The notes under the pieces were generated by a model. The model worked only from the letters and a program-made list of their open reading frames with translations. It ran no database searches and was not told the DNA's origin. Below, piece after piece: positions 1 to 10,820 of a stretch of 64,000 nt of DNA. The translations under genes were made by a program, and so were the position numbers. The stretch lies in NCBI GenBank assembly GCA_024704765.1, contig JAKMXF010000365.1:930001-994000 (forward strand). The letters run 5' to 3'. Each line of letters opens with the position of its first letter. The stretch's first letter is position 1. The DNA is from Oopsacas minuta (lineage: Eukaryota; Animalia; Porifera).

Positions 1-1
1 A

Positions 2-3000
2 TCATTCTCAAAGAGTTACCGTGTGACAGGAGGAGAGAGTAAAAGCAAACCATCTACTCCTCTCCCTCCTGCGTCCTGTCAATCGTCACAATCCTCAGGA
101 GTCCATCTTAACAACAGCTCTGTAACAGGTAAAACTAACAGCGAAGTATTCTCTCAACTCGAGGGTATGCATTTGATGCGTACTCTCTCTAATCCTGAAG
201 GAGTACTCAGGATACGGAGAGAGCGAAAGTTGGAGGAGATCAAGAATGCTTTGAAAGACCCCGGCACAACTACTATCAAAATATACGCAGAAAACTTAAT
301 ACCAGAGGTTCCATACAAAACATTACTAGTCACTCCTGAACACACAGCTAATGACGTCATTAGAATAACACTAGAGAAGTACCATATGGAAAGAGAGGAT
401 CCTTCTGACTATTGTCTTGTGCAGTATAGTCTCCCATCAGGAGCTAGCTGTATTACAACTACAGGCAGAGATGAATGTATTGTAGAGCCAGGCGATTTTC
501 CTCTACACAGGTTCAGAGAGCATCAAGCTAACTTCCCAGATCTTAAAGTGATATTCCAACTCCGTAAGATTGATCAAGCCATGCTACCAAAGATAATCCC
601 TCAGGAACTACGTCCCCTTCATCCGTTTGACTCATACAGAAGTAGATCTCATAAAGCCAAGCAATCACTACCTTGCTTCTACCCAATGAGAGGGGGTAAG
701 CCAGATAAACAGCACCGTATACAGGTTTATGCTAATGATTTTAAAATGCTGGTAGGCTCCAGACGAGGGTTCAATCAACAAGCAGACAAATACATAGCTC
801 TGGAGGGAGCGGATATACTCCCTGAGCATTGTATAGTAGAGGGGTATAAAGGGGTATGTCGTCTCATCCCCACTTCAAGGAATGGACCAGTTTATATTGA
901 TAATATTCTCATTCAGAAACCTACCTCATTAACTTCTACTTGTGTAGTTAGATTCGGTAGACACTATGACTTCCAGTTCTTCTTACCCGATACAATCCCT
1001 AGCAAATCCTCTACTAACATTACAACATATCCTTTAAGAGGATTACATTCAGTAAAGTCTGTAGACTCAGACATAGAGACTCGTCCCTCCTCTGAACTGG
1101 GGGAGTATAAGAAAGAATTGCTAACTCTACAAAGAGTACTTAGTGACGGAGCAATCAATGAATTTTCTCATCTACAAAGACTCAGTCCGCATGACGATAC
1201 CCCTGAGACTATATTCATGTCAGATGGAAAAGTTATTTCTTTATCCAATTACTCCAGTTCTAATATGGACGATTTCTTACCAGAGGAGCTACCTAAACCA
1301 GTGATACCTACGTCACGTAACCCTCGTAGCAGTGTTCGTATAAAAGAGGAACCTCTCATACTCCCTGCTACTTTATCATTCTCTCTCCACTCTATCTGTC
1401 ATATCATAGACTGTTTTATAACAGATGTTAAGTATAGTGACGTCACATTTAAACATGCTCCAGCATATGCCCTGTATATCTGTGTGCGTTCTTTCCTAAA
1501 TGGAGATTCTCTATGTGACGCTACTCTATCAGAGCGCCTGCAGGGAATGAAGGAGATGTTAAGCTGTTCCGCCTCTCTGCTCAAGGCTACTGTTGCTCAG
1601 AGCAGACATATCCCTGGTCCACTTGCTTTCTGGATAAACAACATGTCCGAGTTGTTACATTTCCTTCGTAGAGATGGAGAGGTTTCTCCTCACTGTCCTG
1701 ATGTTCTCACCTCTCTCACCCAGCTGACTGCCTACGCGTTCAGATCTCTCTCTGAGTCTATCTGCAAGGAAGTAGAGCCTCACCTCACCTCTCTCTTCTC
1801 TCCAGCCCCCTCCTCTCCCTCCCAGCTGCTTGATACAGATTCAGAACCAGCTGAGTCCTTCCTTGACATGTTATGGAAACCAGGAGGTGTAGCGTCTCGT
1901 CTCTCCAGTCACAATAGAAGTGCTTGTAGTCTGTTCTCCATACTAGATGCTATATACAACCTTATGGCATCTTGTAATGTTAACAAGGAAATAACTCGTG
2001 AGCTCTTTCTGAGGTTAATTCATTTTATAGGAAGTACTCTCTTCAACGATATTGTTACTGATAGAAGCCACACCTCTCCAACTTCTCTCTCCTCTCTCAA
2101 GCCTCGTCTCAAGTGGCTACAGAGCTGGACCGAGGAGAAAGGACTTAGTTCATTATTTGAAAGTTGTTTTTCGCCATGTCATCAAGCCTTAACACTCCTA
2201 GAAGAGTGTAGAGCTACTGATGCAGACCTTAATAAACTCTCTAATAAAGCTAATGTATTGAATCCTATACAAATCAAAACTTTATTAGAGACAATACAAT
2301 CTAGAAAAATTGTATCATTTATCTCTCAAATCAAAGATATAAACTCATCTCCCCTCCTCCTACAAACTAAGATATCTCGTCCTATTAAGATACCAGATAA
2401 CGGATATTCATCTGAGACATTGCTAGGTATCCCTCATGGACTTAGAGATTTCTTAGAGCCTGCTATACAAAAGGGGCTGTGTAAACTTCATTTGGTATCT
2501 TTACTGAGTACTGGTGCTTGGATGAAGAGCAGTGAGCTAGCTAGCCACAGACTGTCAGAGAGCCGTAGTTCTATAGAGAGTTCATCTGCTCCTAATCTAC
2601 CACCCGATTATCCTGGGAAAGGTGCCGATCCCTCTCTCGAATCCCTCCAGCCTGTATCTATCCGGTCCTCGCGAGGCGGCAGCTTCCCATACCATCAAGA
2701 TACTAATCGGTATCTGGAGTTAAGGTTAGACAAACAGGACTCAGACTCTATTGGGATAAGTGTAGTATCCTACAAAATTAAGAATCCATTCAAATCCGTA
2801 ATTCTAGTCAAATCTATCCTAGACAATCCTGCTCTAGAAGATGGACGTTTGGAGCCAGGAGATCAGATTATTAGAGTTGATGACGTCAATCTAGAAGAAC
2901 CAGGCATGTCTCAAAAGCAAGCTACTCACATTCTCAGATCGACTGGCAGAATAGTCCATCTCAGAATCTTGAAGAAAGAATCTGTTAATCTAATGCTAGC

Positions 3001-4117
3001 CACAACTAACCTATACTACTCAGAGAATGAGCTCTCAGACTCTGATTCTATTTCCTTATCAAAGATATATCCCTATGCTACTACACAGCGTCCTGGACAC
3101 AAAACTCTAGACAGACAGCGTCTCCCTACACCTTCTATACCAGTTCTTAAGCATAAACATATGCTCGCCCCCCGTTATGAGGAAGAATTCCAATCTCCCC
3201 GATCTTATAATACACAGTATCCTACATTCCCGCGTAGTCACAGGAGTTTTGAGTACTCTCCTTCTCCTAGAGATAAACAGCTGTCAATACTTCAAGGGGA
3301 GATGTCTCCGTCTATTCATAACCCCTCTATCATACATGGTAAAGATTCACTACACTCTCATAATCTACATCAATTCGATACTCTGTATACAGCACCACAT
3401 CACATGATTGATCCCTACCAGCCTCCTAGCTACACCCTACAGCTGGTACCTACTCCTCACCCTCATACACACTATGATAGTCTTAGACATATGGTCCCTC
3501 ACCCTCAGTACACTCCTCCTATTCACTGGGATCCTATCCCGGACCCTTCTCGTATACACAAACTCCCCGGCTCATTAACTCCTGCTCATTCTCCTACTAC
3601 TACAGCTACCACTAAAGTAGATCTGCTTAGCAAGCTGAGTAGAGATGAAGTAGCATTAGCCAGTTCCATAACACTACGAGAGAGAGAGCTGCAGGAAGTG
3701 AGAGCTAATATAGAGTTATTAAGACAACAACATGAAATATCTCCTACTCAAAATCCTATGAATATAGATGAGAGTGGTATATCTCCCTCTCACTCTGCTA
3801 CACCACTTGTAGGATTCCAACCCTCTACACACATACAGAAACAGGTTAGTAACCCCACCCCTTCTAAACTACATTTACTCTCTTCACCTCTAACACTCCG
3901 TCCTAACACTCCTTCAAATTATCTGGGTGTTCCCCCTGATGTGATACAATCTACATTACATACTCCAGTTAAGACTATACCTGTATCAACCACACCAGCG
4001 TCTGTACCTCCGGCCCTAGACCTATTCCTTCCTCTACAATTCCAAGAAAGCAATCTCACTCAGCCTATGACTCTCCAAGACAAGATGGAGTATTTCATCC
4101 ACAAATCATCTTCCTAG
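2..4117 (+). CDS. AFDN: Afadin (AF-6/canoe)-like, 5'-truncated by window edge; RA2-FHA-DIL-PDZ plus Pro/Ser/His-rich tail
   Basis: Frame is open from the window start to TAG at 4115-4117. RTLSNPEGVLRIRRERKLE...IKIYAENLIPEVPYKTLLV matches the afadin linker and second RA domain. It is followed by FHA (IALEGADILPEHC..VVRFGRHYDFQF), DIL (LAFWINNMSELLHFL..LKPRLKWLQSW) and PDZ (SIGISVV..DGRLEPGDQIIRVD). RA1 and the start codon must lie upstream. Confidence 0.92.
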   Translation, partial: SFSKSYRVTGGESKSKPSTPLPPASCQSSQSSGVHLNNSSVTGKTNSEVFSQLEGMHLMRTLSNPEGVLRIRRERKLEEIKNALKDPGTTTIKIYAENLIPEVPYKTLLVTPEHTANDVIRITLEKYHMEREDPSDYCLVQYSLPSGASCITTTGRDECIVEPGDFPLHRFREHQANFPDLKVIFQLRKIDQAMLPKIIPQELRPLHPFDSYRSRSHKAKQSLPCFYPMRGGKPDKQHRIQVYANDFKMLVGSRRGFNQQADKYIALEGADILPEHCIVEGYKGVCRLIPTSRNGPVYIDNILIQKPTSLTSTCVVRFGRHYDFQFFLPDTIPSKSSTNITTYPLRGLHSVKSVDSDIETRPSSELGEYKKELLTLQRVLSDGAINEFSHLQRLSPHDDTPETIFMSDGKVISLSNYSSSNMDDFLPEELPKPVIPTSRNPRSSVRIKEEPLILPATLSFSLHSICHIIDCFITDVKYSDVTFKHAPAYALYICVRSFLNGDSLCDATLSERLQGMKEMLSCSASLLKATVAQSRHIPGPLAFWINNMSELLHFLRRDGEVSPHCPDVLTSLTQLTAYAFRSLSESICKEVEPHLTSLFSPAPSSPSQLLDTDSEPAESFLDMLWKPGGVASRLSSHNRSACSLFSILDAIYNLMASCNVNKEITRELFLRLIHFIGSTLFNDIVTDRSHTSPTSLSSLKPRLKWLQSWTEEKGLSSLFESCFSPCHQALTLLEECRATDADLNKLSNKANVLNPIQIKTLLETIQSRKIVSFISQIKDINSSPLLLQTKISRPIKIPDNGYSSETLLGIPHGLRDFLEPAIQKGLCKLHLVSLLSTGAWMKSSELASHRLSESRSSIESSSAPNLPPDYPGKGADPSLESLQPVSIRSSRGGSFPYHQDTNRYLELRLDKQDSDSIGISVVSYKIKNPFKSVILVKSILDNPALEDGRLEPGDQIIRVDDVNLEEPGMSQKQATHILRSTGRIVHLRILKKESVNLMLATTNLYYSENELSDSDSISLSKIYPYATTQRPGHKTLDRQRLPTPSIPVLKHKHMLAPRYEEEFQSPRSYNTQYPTFPRSHRSFEYSPSPRDKQLSILQGEMSPSIHNPSIIHGKDSLHSHNLHQFDTLYTAPHHMIDPYQPPSYTLQLVPTPHPHTHYDSLRHMVPHPQYTPPIHWDPIPDPSRIHKLPGSLTPAHSPTTTATTKVDLLSKLSRDEVALASSITLRERELQEVRANIELLRQQHEISPTQNPMNIDESGISPSHSATPLVGFQPSTHIQKQVSNPTPSKLHLLSSPLTLRPNTPSNYLGVPPDVIQSTLHTPVKTIPVSTTPASVPPALDLFLPLQFQESNLTQPMTLQDKMEYFIHKSSS

Positions 4118-4705
4118 TTAACTTTTTCTTCTCTTGTATAAATGAGTTTCTGTTCTTCTGTTCGATTCATTAACTTCTATAAGCTTTCTCTTTTGATAGA
4201 AAAATCATTTGAATCTAATTCACTTTGAAATTGAGGCTCAGTTTTGAGTTTATGTAAATTAATGTATATCTTTGTTGAGTCATAGCCTACTATGGTTGAG
4301 TTATTAAGATATCTTAGCGGATCAGCTGTTTGGCTTTCAGGTTGACAAACTCTTTTGCATGCTTATGTATTACAGATTTACAGTAAAACTCCGTTAGTAC
4401 TTACCAATACGGTTTTCATTCTTGTACTATACTATGAACTGATTAATCCTGTGCTGACTATACTTTAGTATGTAGTTACGTAATCTGTTCCGCGATGTGG
4501 TGCGTCTTATCCGTATATGCATATATAGTAGAACCAATAATATGTAACTAGTGCAAGTATTTTCACAATTTGAAAAGCCGGAAATCTCATTTCTAAAACG
4601 CCAAAAAATGTGAAAATATTTTAATTTGGTTAATAGCTTAACCACTGATACAGCACATGTCTACCTGAAGCACAGCTTAGTATTTCACTTGCTGAAAGTT
4701 TCTCA

Positions 4706-4755
4706 AATCTGATTGGTCAACGTTGGCCAATCAGATTCCTTCCTTCGTATAAATA
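4706..4755 (+). promoter_or_regulatory. Palindromic double CCAAT box (32 bp, 15/16 pairs) followed by TATAAATA
   Basis: AATCTGATTGGTCAACGTTGGCCAATCAGATT at 4706-4737; TATAAATA at 4748-4755; lies upstream of ORF 4953. Confidence 0.6.
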
Positions 4756-4952
4756 CGCGTAGCGTTCGCGAACTCCAAAAGACAATTGTGAGGGCCGAAG
4801 GTCCGAAAAAGCATTCCGAAGGAACTAGCAGAAAAAGCCGCCCAGAGGCGGCGTTGCGGCTAGTATGTAATATTATCCTAATTACGTATATTGTCTGTAA
4901 CATTTATACATTTACAATTGAAAGTTAGCAAGTTTCGTTCCTCTGTCCTATT

Positions 4953-5567
4953 ATGCAAAATGAAATTGGAATGCAACATGAAACCGAAAATTCACCTAAA
5001 TTGTCTTCTGATTCAGTGAGTACAAAAGTAGAAAGTTGGTTGAAAAGTAGAGATACCATGGAAACTGCTAGCAACGAAATCACATCTCAAATCAACACAG
5101 ACTATTTACCACCATCTATAGTTGTAGAGCAGATACAGTGTATGCCTGTAACGAAACATGAATCAGAAATATCTCAAATTCATGAAGAAATCACTGTTGT
5201 TCCTGAAAGAAATCAAACATTTCTAAATGTGGTGAATGAGTTGAGAGATTTTAGACCAACAACACCAAACCTTACAAAAATGAAATCCTGGATAAAACAC
5301 TGGAAAACTCAAGTTCATGTAAGTGAATACACAACTACTAATGATAATGAAACAGTTTCTGAATTATTAGCAACAGTCATTTCTCCTGATGAAAGATTAG
5401 CTATAATCAAAGAAGCACTTCCGATTATGCAGAACATTTCTAAACTCTATCGTTGGCAGCTTGGGAGACATGATAGACTCTCCCAGTTAGCTGATTCTCA
5501 GATACAACATATCCAATCACTGGAAAAGAATTTATCTAACTCTGTAAATAAGACTGATATCAGATAA
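4953..5567 (+). CDS. Hypothetical protein, 204 aa, predicted helical/coiled-coil C-terminal half
   Basis: ATG-initiated 615-nt ORF in AT-rich DNA, downstream of CCAAT/TATA and a putative UTR intron (GTATGT 4863, AG 4927-4928); no recognisable family motif. Confidence 0.6.
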   Translation: MQNEIGMQHETENSPKLSSDSVSTKVESWLKSRDTMETASNEITSQINTDYLPPSIVVEQIQCMPVTKHESEISQIHEEITVVPERNQTFLNVVNELRDFRPTTPNLTKMKSWIKHWKTQVHVSEYTTTNDNETVSELLATVISPDERLAIIKEALPIMQNISKLYRWQLGRHDRLSQLADSQIQHIQSLEKNLSNSVNKTDIR

Positions 5568-6019
5568 TAACTCTCTCCTACTATATCAATAGGAGTAAAG
5601 TATAATTTACAATTGTATCATTATCAAAACATGCGAAGATATATCAAACTCAGATATTCGAAATAGCTTTAGATTCACACTAACATCTGGAAGCTGTTAT
5701 ACTGGACATAGAAATATTATACACGTATATATCACTTAGTTTGCAAGATCGCTTACAACAACCTACACAACTACAGTTTAGTGGTTGATAGTAAGATGCT
5801 CCATGGATCATGACTACTGCATGTACCGTTTTGTATGATTTATCCTGATTTATGTACATATAATAAATGTCGTTTCCATATGGGGTACATGCATTAGGGG
5901 AAAATAATTACTAGGGGTTATAAAAGTGATTTTGAAGAAATAAGATACTATCTAGAATCATAGGGTAGCAAACCCCCCACATAATATTGGAAGATCCGTA
6001 CGTATACAATATAATACTA

Positions 6020-7190
6020 CCTAGATTCTGTCAGAAAAGTTAGCAAAATTATTATTCTCATTTTCTTCTTTATACTCACAGCCAAAGATAGAAAATCTTG
6101 TTTGTAGATTTCATAGAGTGATATCCTCACAGTTAGTGGAATATTCCTGTAGGCGTCATTACAACGATCAGTTGAGACAGTTGGATCATGCTCGGGAAAA
6201 ATGATATTATGTCCTGGATTGTGTATTTGTATATAGTTCAGAATAGCATCTTTCAATGTCTCAAATTTAACAATAATGTCATATCTGATAGAACAGGGAT
6301 CACAATATATGTTCATAGGTTTCCAATGATCGTCAAAGCTATTCCATCCATGTGTTCTATCCAGGGACATTATATAGATTAAGAATTCTATAAAAGTAAT
6401 TTCTGATTTTCCTTTTCCTGCATCTAATCTTCTAATCTGTTGAATAACTTCATCATTCAGGTCTTTTGTCGATTTAGTTTCTCGTCTTTCCGATTCGTTT
6501 CTCCATATTGGTAACGAGTAACGAATTTGTCTGTGTAAGCTGATAACAATCTTTCGAATCGACTTCTCACTATAATAATCTTGGTGTAGGTCTGATATCT
6601 CTGTGCTGTTAATTTTGGATCTTCATAATTGAAATCAACTGCTATTTTATCCCATAAGGTTGGGTTGGGTATGGGTAAGGTAGTTCCTCGATTCCTTCCA
6701 ATTCTCTAAAAATGTTTATCCAGCTAGTAGAACTTAATTTAAGCACAGCACACTGAAGCAATTGAGATTTATTACTGAAACGCATTATCTTGTATCCATT
6801 CATGAACCTACACACACACACCATTACTCTGTTTTAGGAATACAGTACAGAATTTATCTACTCTATTAATCCGATCATGTAGATATTGGTGCTTCATGTT
6901 GAGAGGATGTAAACCTTTTGACATCATCTTTATGTAATACTCATCTGTAAATGTAGATGCTTTATTATTAATATTACTCCTAACCAGAATATCCTCATTC
7001 CAGTTCTCACTAAAGCTATCCAGCCACTAGCGTCCTTCTGGATTCCATCTTTATGATTATTGTTGTTCCTTTCTACTAGCTTGACTGATTGTCCACATAT
7101 TTCTACGCAATCTTGTTCCTGTTGTCTACCAAATGTTGATATGTATACAAATGCAGTGAGTAGCGTGAACAACAAAATTAAAAGATAGGA
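6020..7190 (-). pseudogene. Carbohydrate sulfotransferase (CHST8-14 / Sulfotransfer_2 family) pseudogene
   Basis: Successive frames carry an N-terminal hydrophobic anchor, a 5'-PSB-like LQCAVLKLSSTSW, the 3'-PB motif YTKIIIVRSRFERLLSAYTDKF, DDHWKPMNIYCDPCSIRYDIIVKFETL and LYEIYKQDF/FGCEY. At least four frameshifts are needed to join them. Confidence 0.85.
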
Positions 7191-7639
7191 AGTTTAACTT
7201 TGCTAACGTGTTGAAATTCAAAATTAACTTTTCTCTTGGTGCATACAAGTATTAAAAAGTATTAATATTGTAATATTTTATATTTATAACAATCAATTGA
7301 TCAAACAGTTCATTTCAATATGCGTATAACTTAATTCCTATTATTTAAATACTGTCCTGACTATAGCTTAGTTATAAAATTTCTTAGTGGTAGGTATATA
7401 TGTATATGATATAGGTGTTCGCTCTCCTGTCTACACCTTTAGAGATTAAGACTCGAAATTTGGCATGTATACTCGTACTGACATCTAGTTGTGCACCTGA
7501 CATTTGAAATTTTCTGATGTGTATATTTTCACACCTTTTAGGTGATTAATCATATTTCCATACATTTCTATGTAAAATTCAAAAGAATGCTAGAGATTAG
7601 GTTATAAATCTTATCATGGACTCAACAGACATATAGGGG

Positions 7640-7770
7640 GGGTAATCAAGTACGCTGAATCCGAATTTCGCATTTTCAAGTATCTCATATGTAAATTTAT
7701 TGTTGTTTTTATGAATATAAAGTAACAAAATAATTGAAATATCAAAATACACATATAGACTTGCTATTAT
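7640..7770 (+). mobile_element. Fragment of dispersed Helitron-like repeat core
   Basis: GCTGAATCCGAATTTCGCATTTTCAAG..TGTAAATTTATTGTTGTTTTTATGAATATAAAGTAA recurs at ~8665-8750 (+) and as reverse complement at ~28800-28960, 38510-38590 and 48415-48500. Confidence 0.6.
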
Positions 7771-7914
7771 TATATTGGGAAGCTGTGAATTTTCAAATCC
7801 TAACATCAGCGTTCTCGATTTATATCCAAATATTTCTATTATATCAATACATACAATGAGGTGGTTACTTTACTAGCTTGCACATAAATATTTGAAATTT
7901 TATCTTTTATTTTC

Positions 7915-8033
7915 AGCTACGGCCATACCATGTTGGCAACACCAGTTCTCGTCTGATCACTGAAGTTAAGTAACATTGGGCCACGATAGTACCACGATCG
8001 GAGACGGCGCGGGAACACCTGGTGCTGTAGTTT
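7915..8033 (+). rRNA. 5S rRNA gene (single dispersed copy)
   Basis: AGCTACGGCCATACCATGTTGGCAACACCAGTTCTCGTCTGATCACTGAAGTTAAG...GGAGACGGCGCGGGAACACCTGGTGCTGTAGTT aligns end to end (119 nt) with eukaryotic 5S; helices I, II and IV can pair; ATAAATA at about -30. Confidence 0.93.
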
Positions 8034-8036
8034 TTT
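8031..8036 (+). terminator. Pol III T-run terminator of 5S gene
   Basis: TTTTTT overlapping and following the 5S 3' end. Confidence 0.75.
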
Positions 8037-8360
8037 GTTCATTTTCTTTTTCGGATAACCTAATCGTAGTTCCCTCACAAGTCATAACCATCATTTATGG
8101 AAATTTCAACTGAAATTATAAACCATGGATTTTGTTTTGTTTTGTCATTACTTCAGTTTCTGCTTCGGTTGTACTAACATTAGGTCATCCTTATTTAACT
8201 GAACGGAACGGACAGTTTGTATAGAATATTCTTGAATAAGATCGCTTGCCAGTCTCTTAGTTCTTGACTTTCGTAGAATGTGAATTTTAACATTGAAGGA
8301 ATTTAACATATCAAATGTGTAGCCATTTCCATTCAGCAAAACTTCAAGTGACATAGTATA

Positions 8361-8436
8361 TGGATTGGTATAGGGATTGGTATAGGGATAGGGATAGGGA
8401 TAGGGATTGGGATTGGTATAGGGATAGGGATTGGGT
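8361..8436 (+). repeat. G-rich hexamer tandem repeat (GGGATA/GGGATT/GGTATA)n
   Basis: About 12 imperfect hexamer units read directly from the sequence. Confidence 0.9.
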
Positions 8437-8885
8437 AATTTTTTCCAATTTCTAATTGTGAATAATTTGTATTCTAACGTCTAACGTGTGCAATATAAAA
8501 TTACCTTTCGTTGAACTACATTCATAGCAAAGCTAAGGGAATCAAAACTTTTGCGAGGGAAACTTCTCTAGGCTGTATTGTTGAAATTTGCATAATTGGT
8601 CACAAACTATAAATAGTGATTGGATTCTCTGAACTTAACAGCTATAAGTCTGTATTTGAGTACGCTGAATCCAAATTTCGCATTTTCAAGTTTCTTATGT
8701 GTAAATTTATTGTTGATTTATGGATATAACATAAACAAATTATCCAAATTTCTAAGTATTGGTAGAGACTTTCTCTCAGCAGACATATGGGTACCTAATT
8801 CCGCTGAATCTGGTGGCCTAAGGGAAAATTACGTCGGCACAGGCAGTATTTGAAATTTTGGTACATAGCTTGATTGGATGATATA

Positions 8886-9076
8886 CCATATTACCTCAAA
8901 TGATAACTGGGGCGATTATTAATTTCAAGCCCCTCGCGAGGGATCTTGCGATTATTTGTGAACACGTATATATAAAATCATACTTATGTGCTTATATTAT
9001 GTGTCTTTGTCCTAACAAATAGCAGTTTATAAATGTTTAGGAGCCTCAGAGGGTGCTATTATTCGAGGTAATACGG
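8886..9076. mobile_element. Tc1/mariner-pogo-type MITE
   Basis: TIRs CCATATTACCTCAAATGATA / TATTATTCGAGGTAATACGG, flanked by TA on both sides (8884-85, 9077-78). Confidence 0.75.
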
Positions 9077-10184
9077 TACTTATAGTATTTGCTAGTGGCT
9101 ATAAGAGTGCTATAGAGGAACAAAGAATAGGTCAAAAAATTTCCTGTTCATAGTTCAGTTATCGAACAAACGGAAAAGGAAAATGTTTGAATATGGTCGT
9201 TTGTTAGGCTATAGGTCTGGAAATCACAGAATATTCCAGCAGAACACTTGATATACTAATAAGTACTAAGTTATCGATGTGTGCACGTATATTCTCGACA
9301 CAAAACTAATAGGGGGCGAATAACGTGTTCAAATGTAGAGAACTTGTGTGAGTATTAGGGTGCATCGGTTGCCCCTTTTGTTGAAAACTACACATCGCTC
9401 ACAGCCATTTGTGCTATATATGCAGTGTTTCTGACACTAATCCAAAAGTGACCTGATGTGAATTTCATTTAGGATCTTCTTTATTAATTAATTAAATTCC
9501 TAATATAACCTTAATGCATAGTGAAAATTATGATTACCTCGCATTTGAATTGAATCACTTACATAATCCTGTTATAGTTTCGAGTAAAAACATGCAATAG
9601 GTCCATTCCTTGCAGTGTGGTTTCCCCATTACAAAATTTCGACTTTTTGCTATCAATTGCTTGTTAAATAACCTATAACTAACCTGAAAATGACTTAATA
9701 ATTGTTAAAATTACTAAAAATGACCTGAAATTGAGGCCTTCCTATTTCATGGAACGGGAAAGATAAACTTACTTGAGGAAAATCAAATATAAAATGTCTC
9801 CATTGCCATACATTGGAACTAGAAAATAAAAGAATATTTTAGAATTGTTGTCAAGCATTTGTTGGGACATTTCACGTCGAGGGTAATCATTTTGTAATTA
9901 TTTGTACAAAGTTCAAGTAATAGTGTGATACGCCTAGAAACCTTCCCTCTCTTAATTTTGATGTCCTCTGCTTAGCTAGATGAAGGTAGTTATCATCCGA
10001 AAGGGGTGATCAGACTTTCTAAAAATATAATAAAAATACGTAGCTTCAACTAAATTGATTACAATCAACGTGAAAAGTCACAACAAATGCTTGACAACCG
10101 TCACTATACAATAGATTTGTAAGGCCTTTTGACAAACCTGATTTACTTATTTATTTAATATATCACCTTTAGTAGCAGAGTTGA

Positions 10185-10820
10185 ATGGCAGAAAGTGACA
10201 AGAAAGTAGTCAGTGTAACGATGACGGGATTTGGTCCTTTCATGGACATTAAAACTAATCCCAGCTGGACAGTAGTACAGGGAGCAGCAAAGGTCTTGTC
10301 AGAGAACACAGACCTGAAGTTAGTTTCTGTACAAGAGCTTACTGTTGTCTACGCCGATGTTAGCAAGAAGGTGAAAGAAATGCATGTAGAATTCAAACCA
10401 GACTTAGCCATACACGTGGGAGTAGCTAAAGGGTACGCCAATATAACTATAGAATCTCAATCTGTCCGTTCTGGCTATTCTATTGAAGATGTTAGCGGTT
10501 GTACTCCACCTAAGTTTGAGGCTGTCTGTGATGCAGTTAAACCTCCAAACGAATGCATTACTACTGCGATTGATACTAAAGAAATACATAAACATTGTAG
10601 TGATAAACTAGCAGGGAAGGTTGGATTCAAACTATCTACTGACCCTGGTTTGTATCTCTGTGGGTTCTGTTACTACACTTCCCTATACTGTAACACGTCT
10701 GCTCTATTCATTCATATTCCTGATGAAGATGAACCTTATAGCATTGAAGAAATGGTCAAATCATTGGTGCTAATAGTGGAGCATGCTGTGCAGCAGATTA
10801 AGCACAAATTATTGCATTAA
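10185..10820 (+). CDS. PGPEP1: Pyroglutamyl-peptidase I (peptidase C15), 211 aa, intronless
   Basis: Motifs MTGFGPF, NPSW, IHVGVA, catalytic Glu (ITIESQ), Cys (DPGLYLCGFCYY) and His (FIHIP) all present. Confidence 0.95.
   Translation: MAESDKKVVSVTMTGFGPFMDIKTNPSWTVVQGAAKVLSENTDLKLVSVQELTVVYADVSKKVKEMHVEFKPDLAIHVGVAKGYANITIESQSVRSGYSIEDVSGCTPPKFEAVCDAVKPPNECITTAIDTKEIHKHCSDKLAGKVGFKLSTDPGLYLCGFCYYTSLYCNTSALFIHIPDEDEPYSIEEMVKSLVLIVEHAVQQIKHKLLH

Noticed and set aside
4784-4812. Hammerhead-ribozyme-like segment (TGA-GGGCC-GAA-GGTCC-GAAA)
   Set aside because: Stem II and GAAA fit, but the core reads ATTGTGA instead of CTGANGA and no convincing stems I/III form.
8361-8436. Interstitial telomere
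   Set aside because: Units are ATAGGG/ATTGGG/GGTATA, not TTAGGG.
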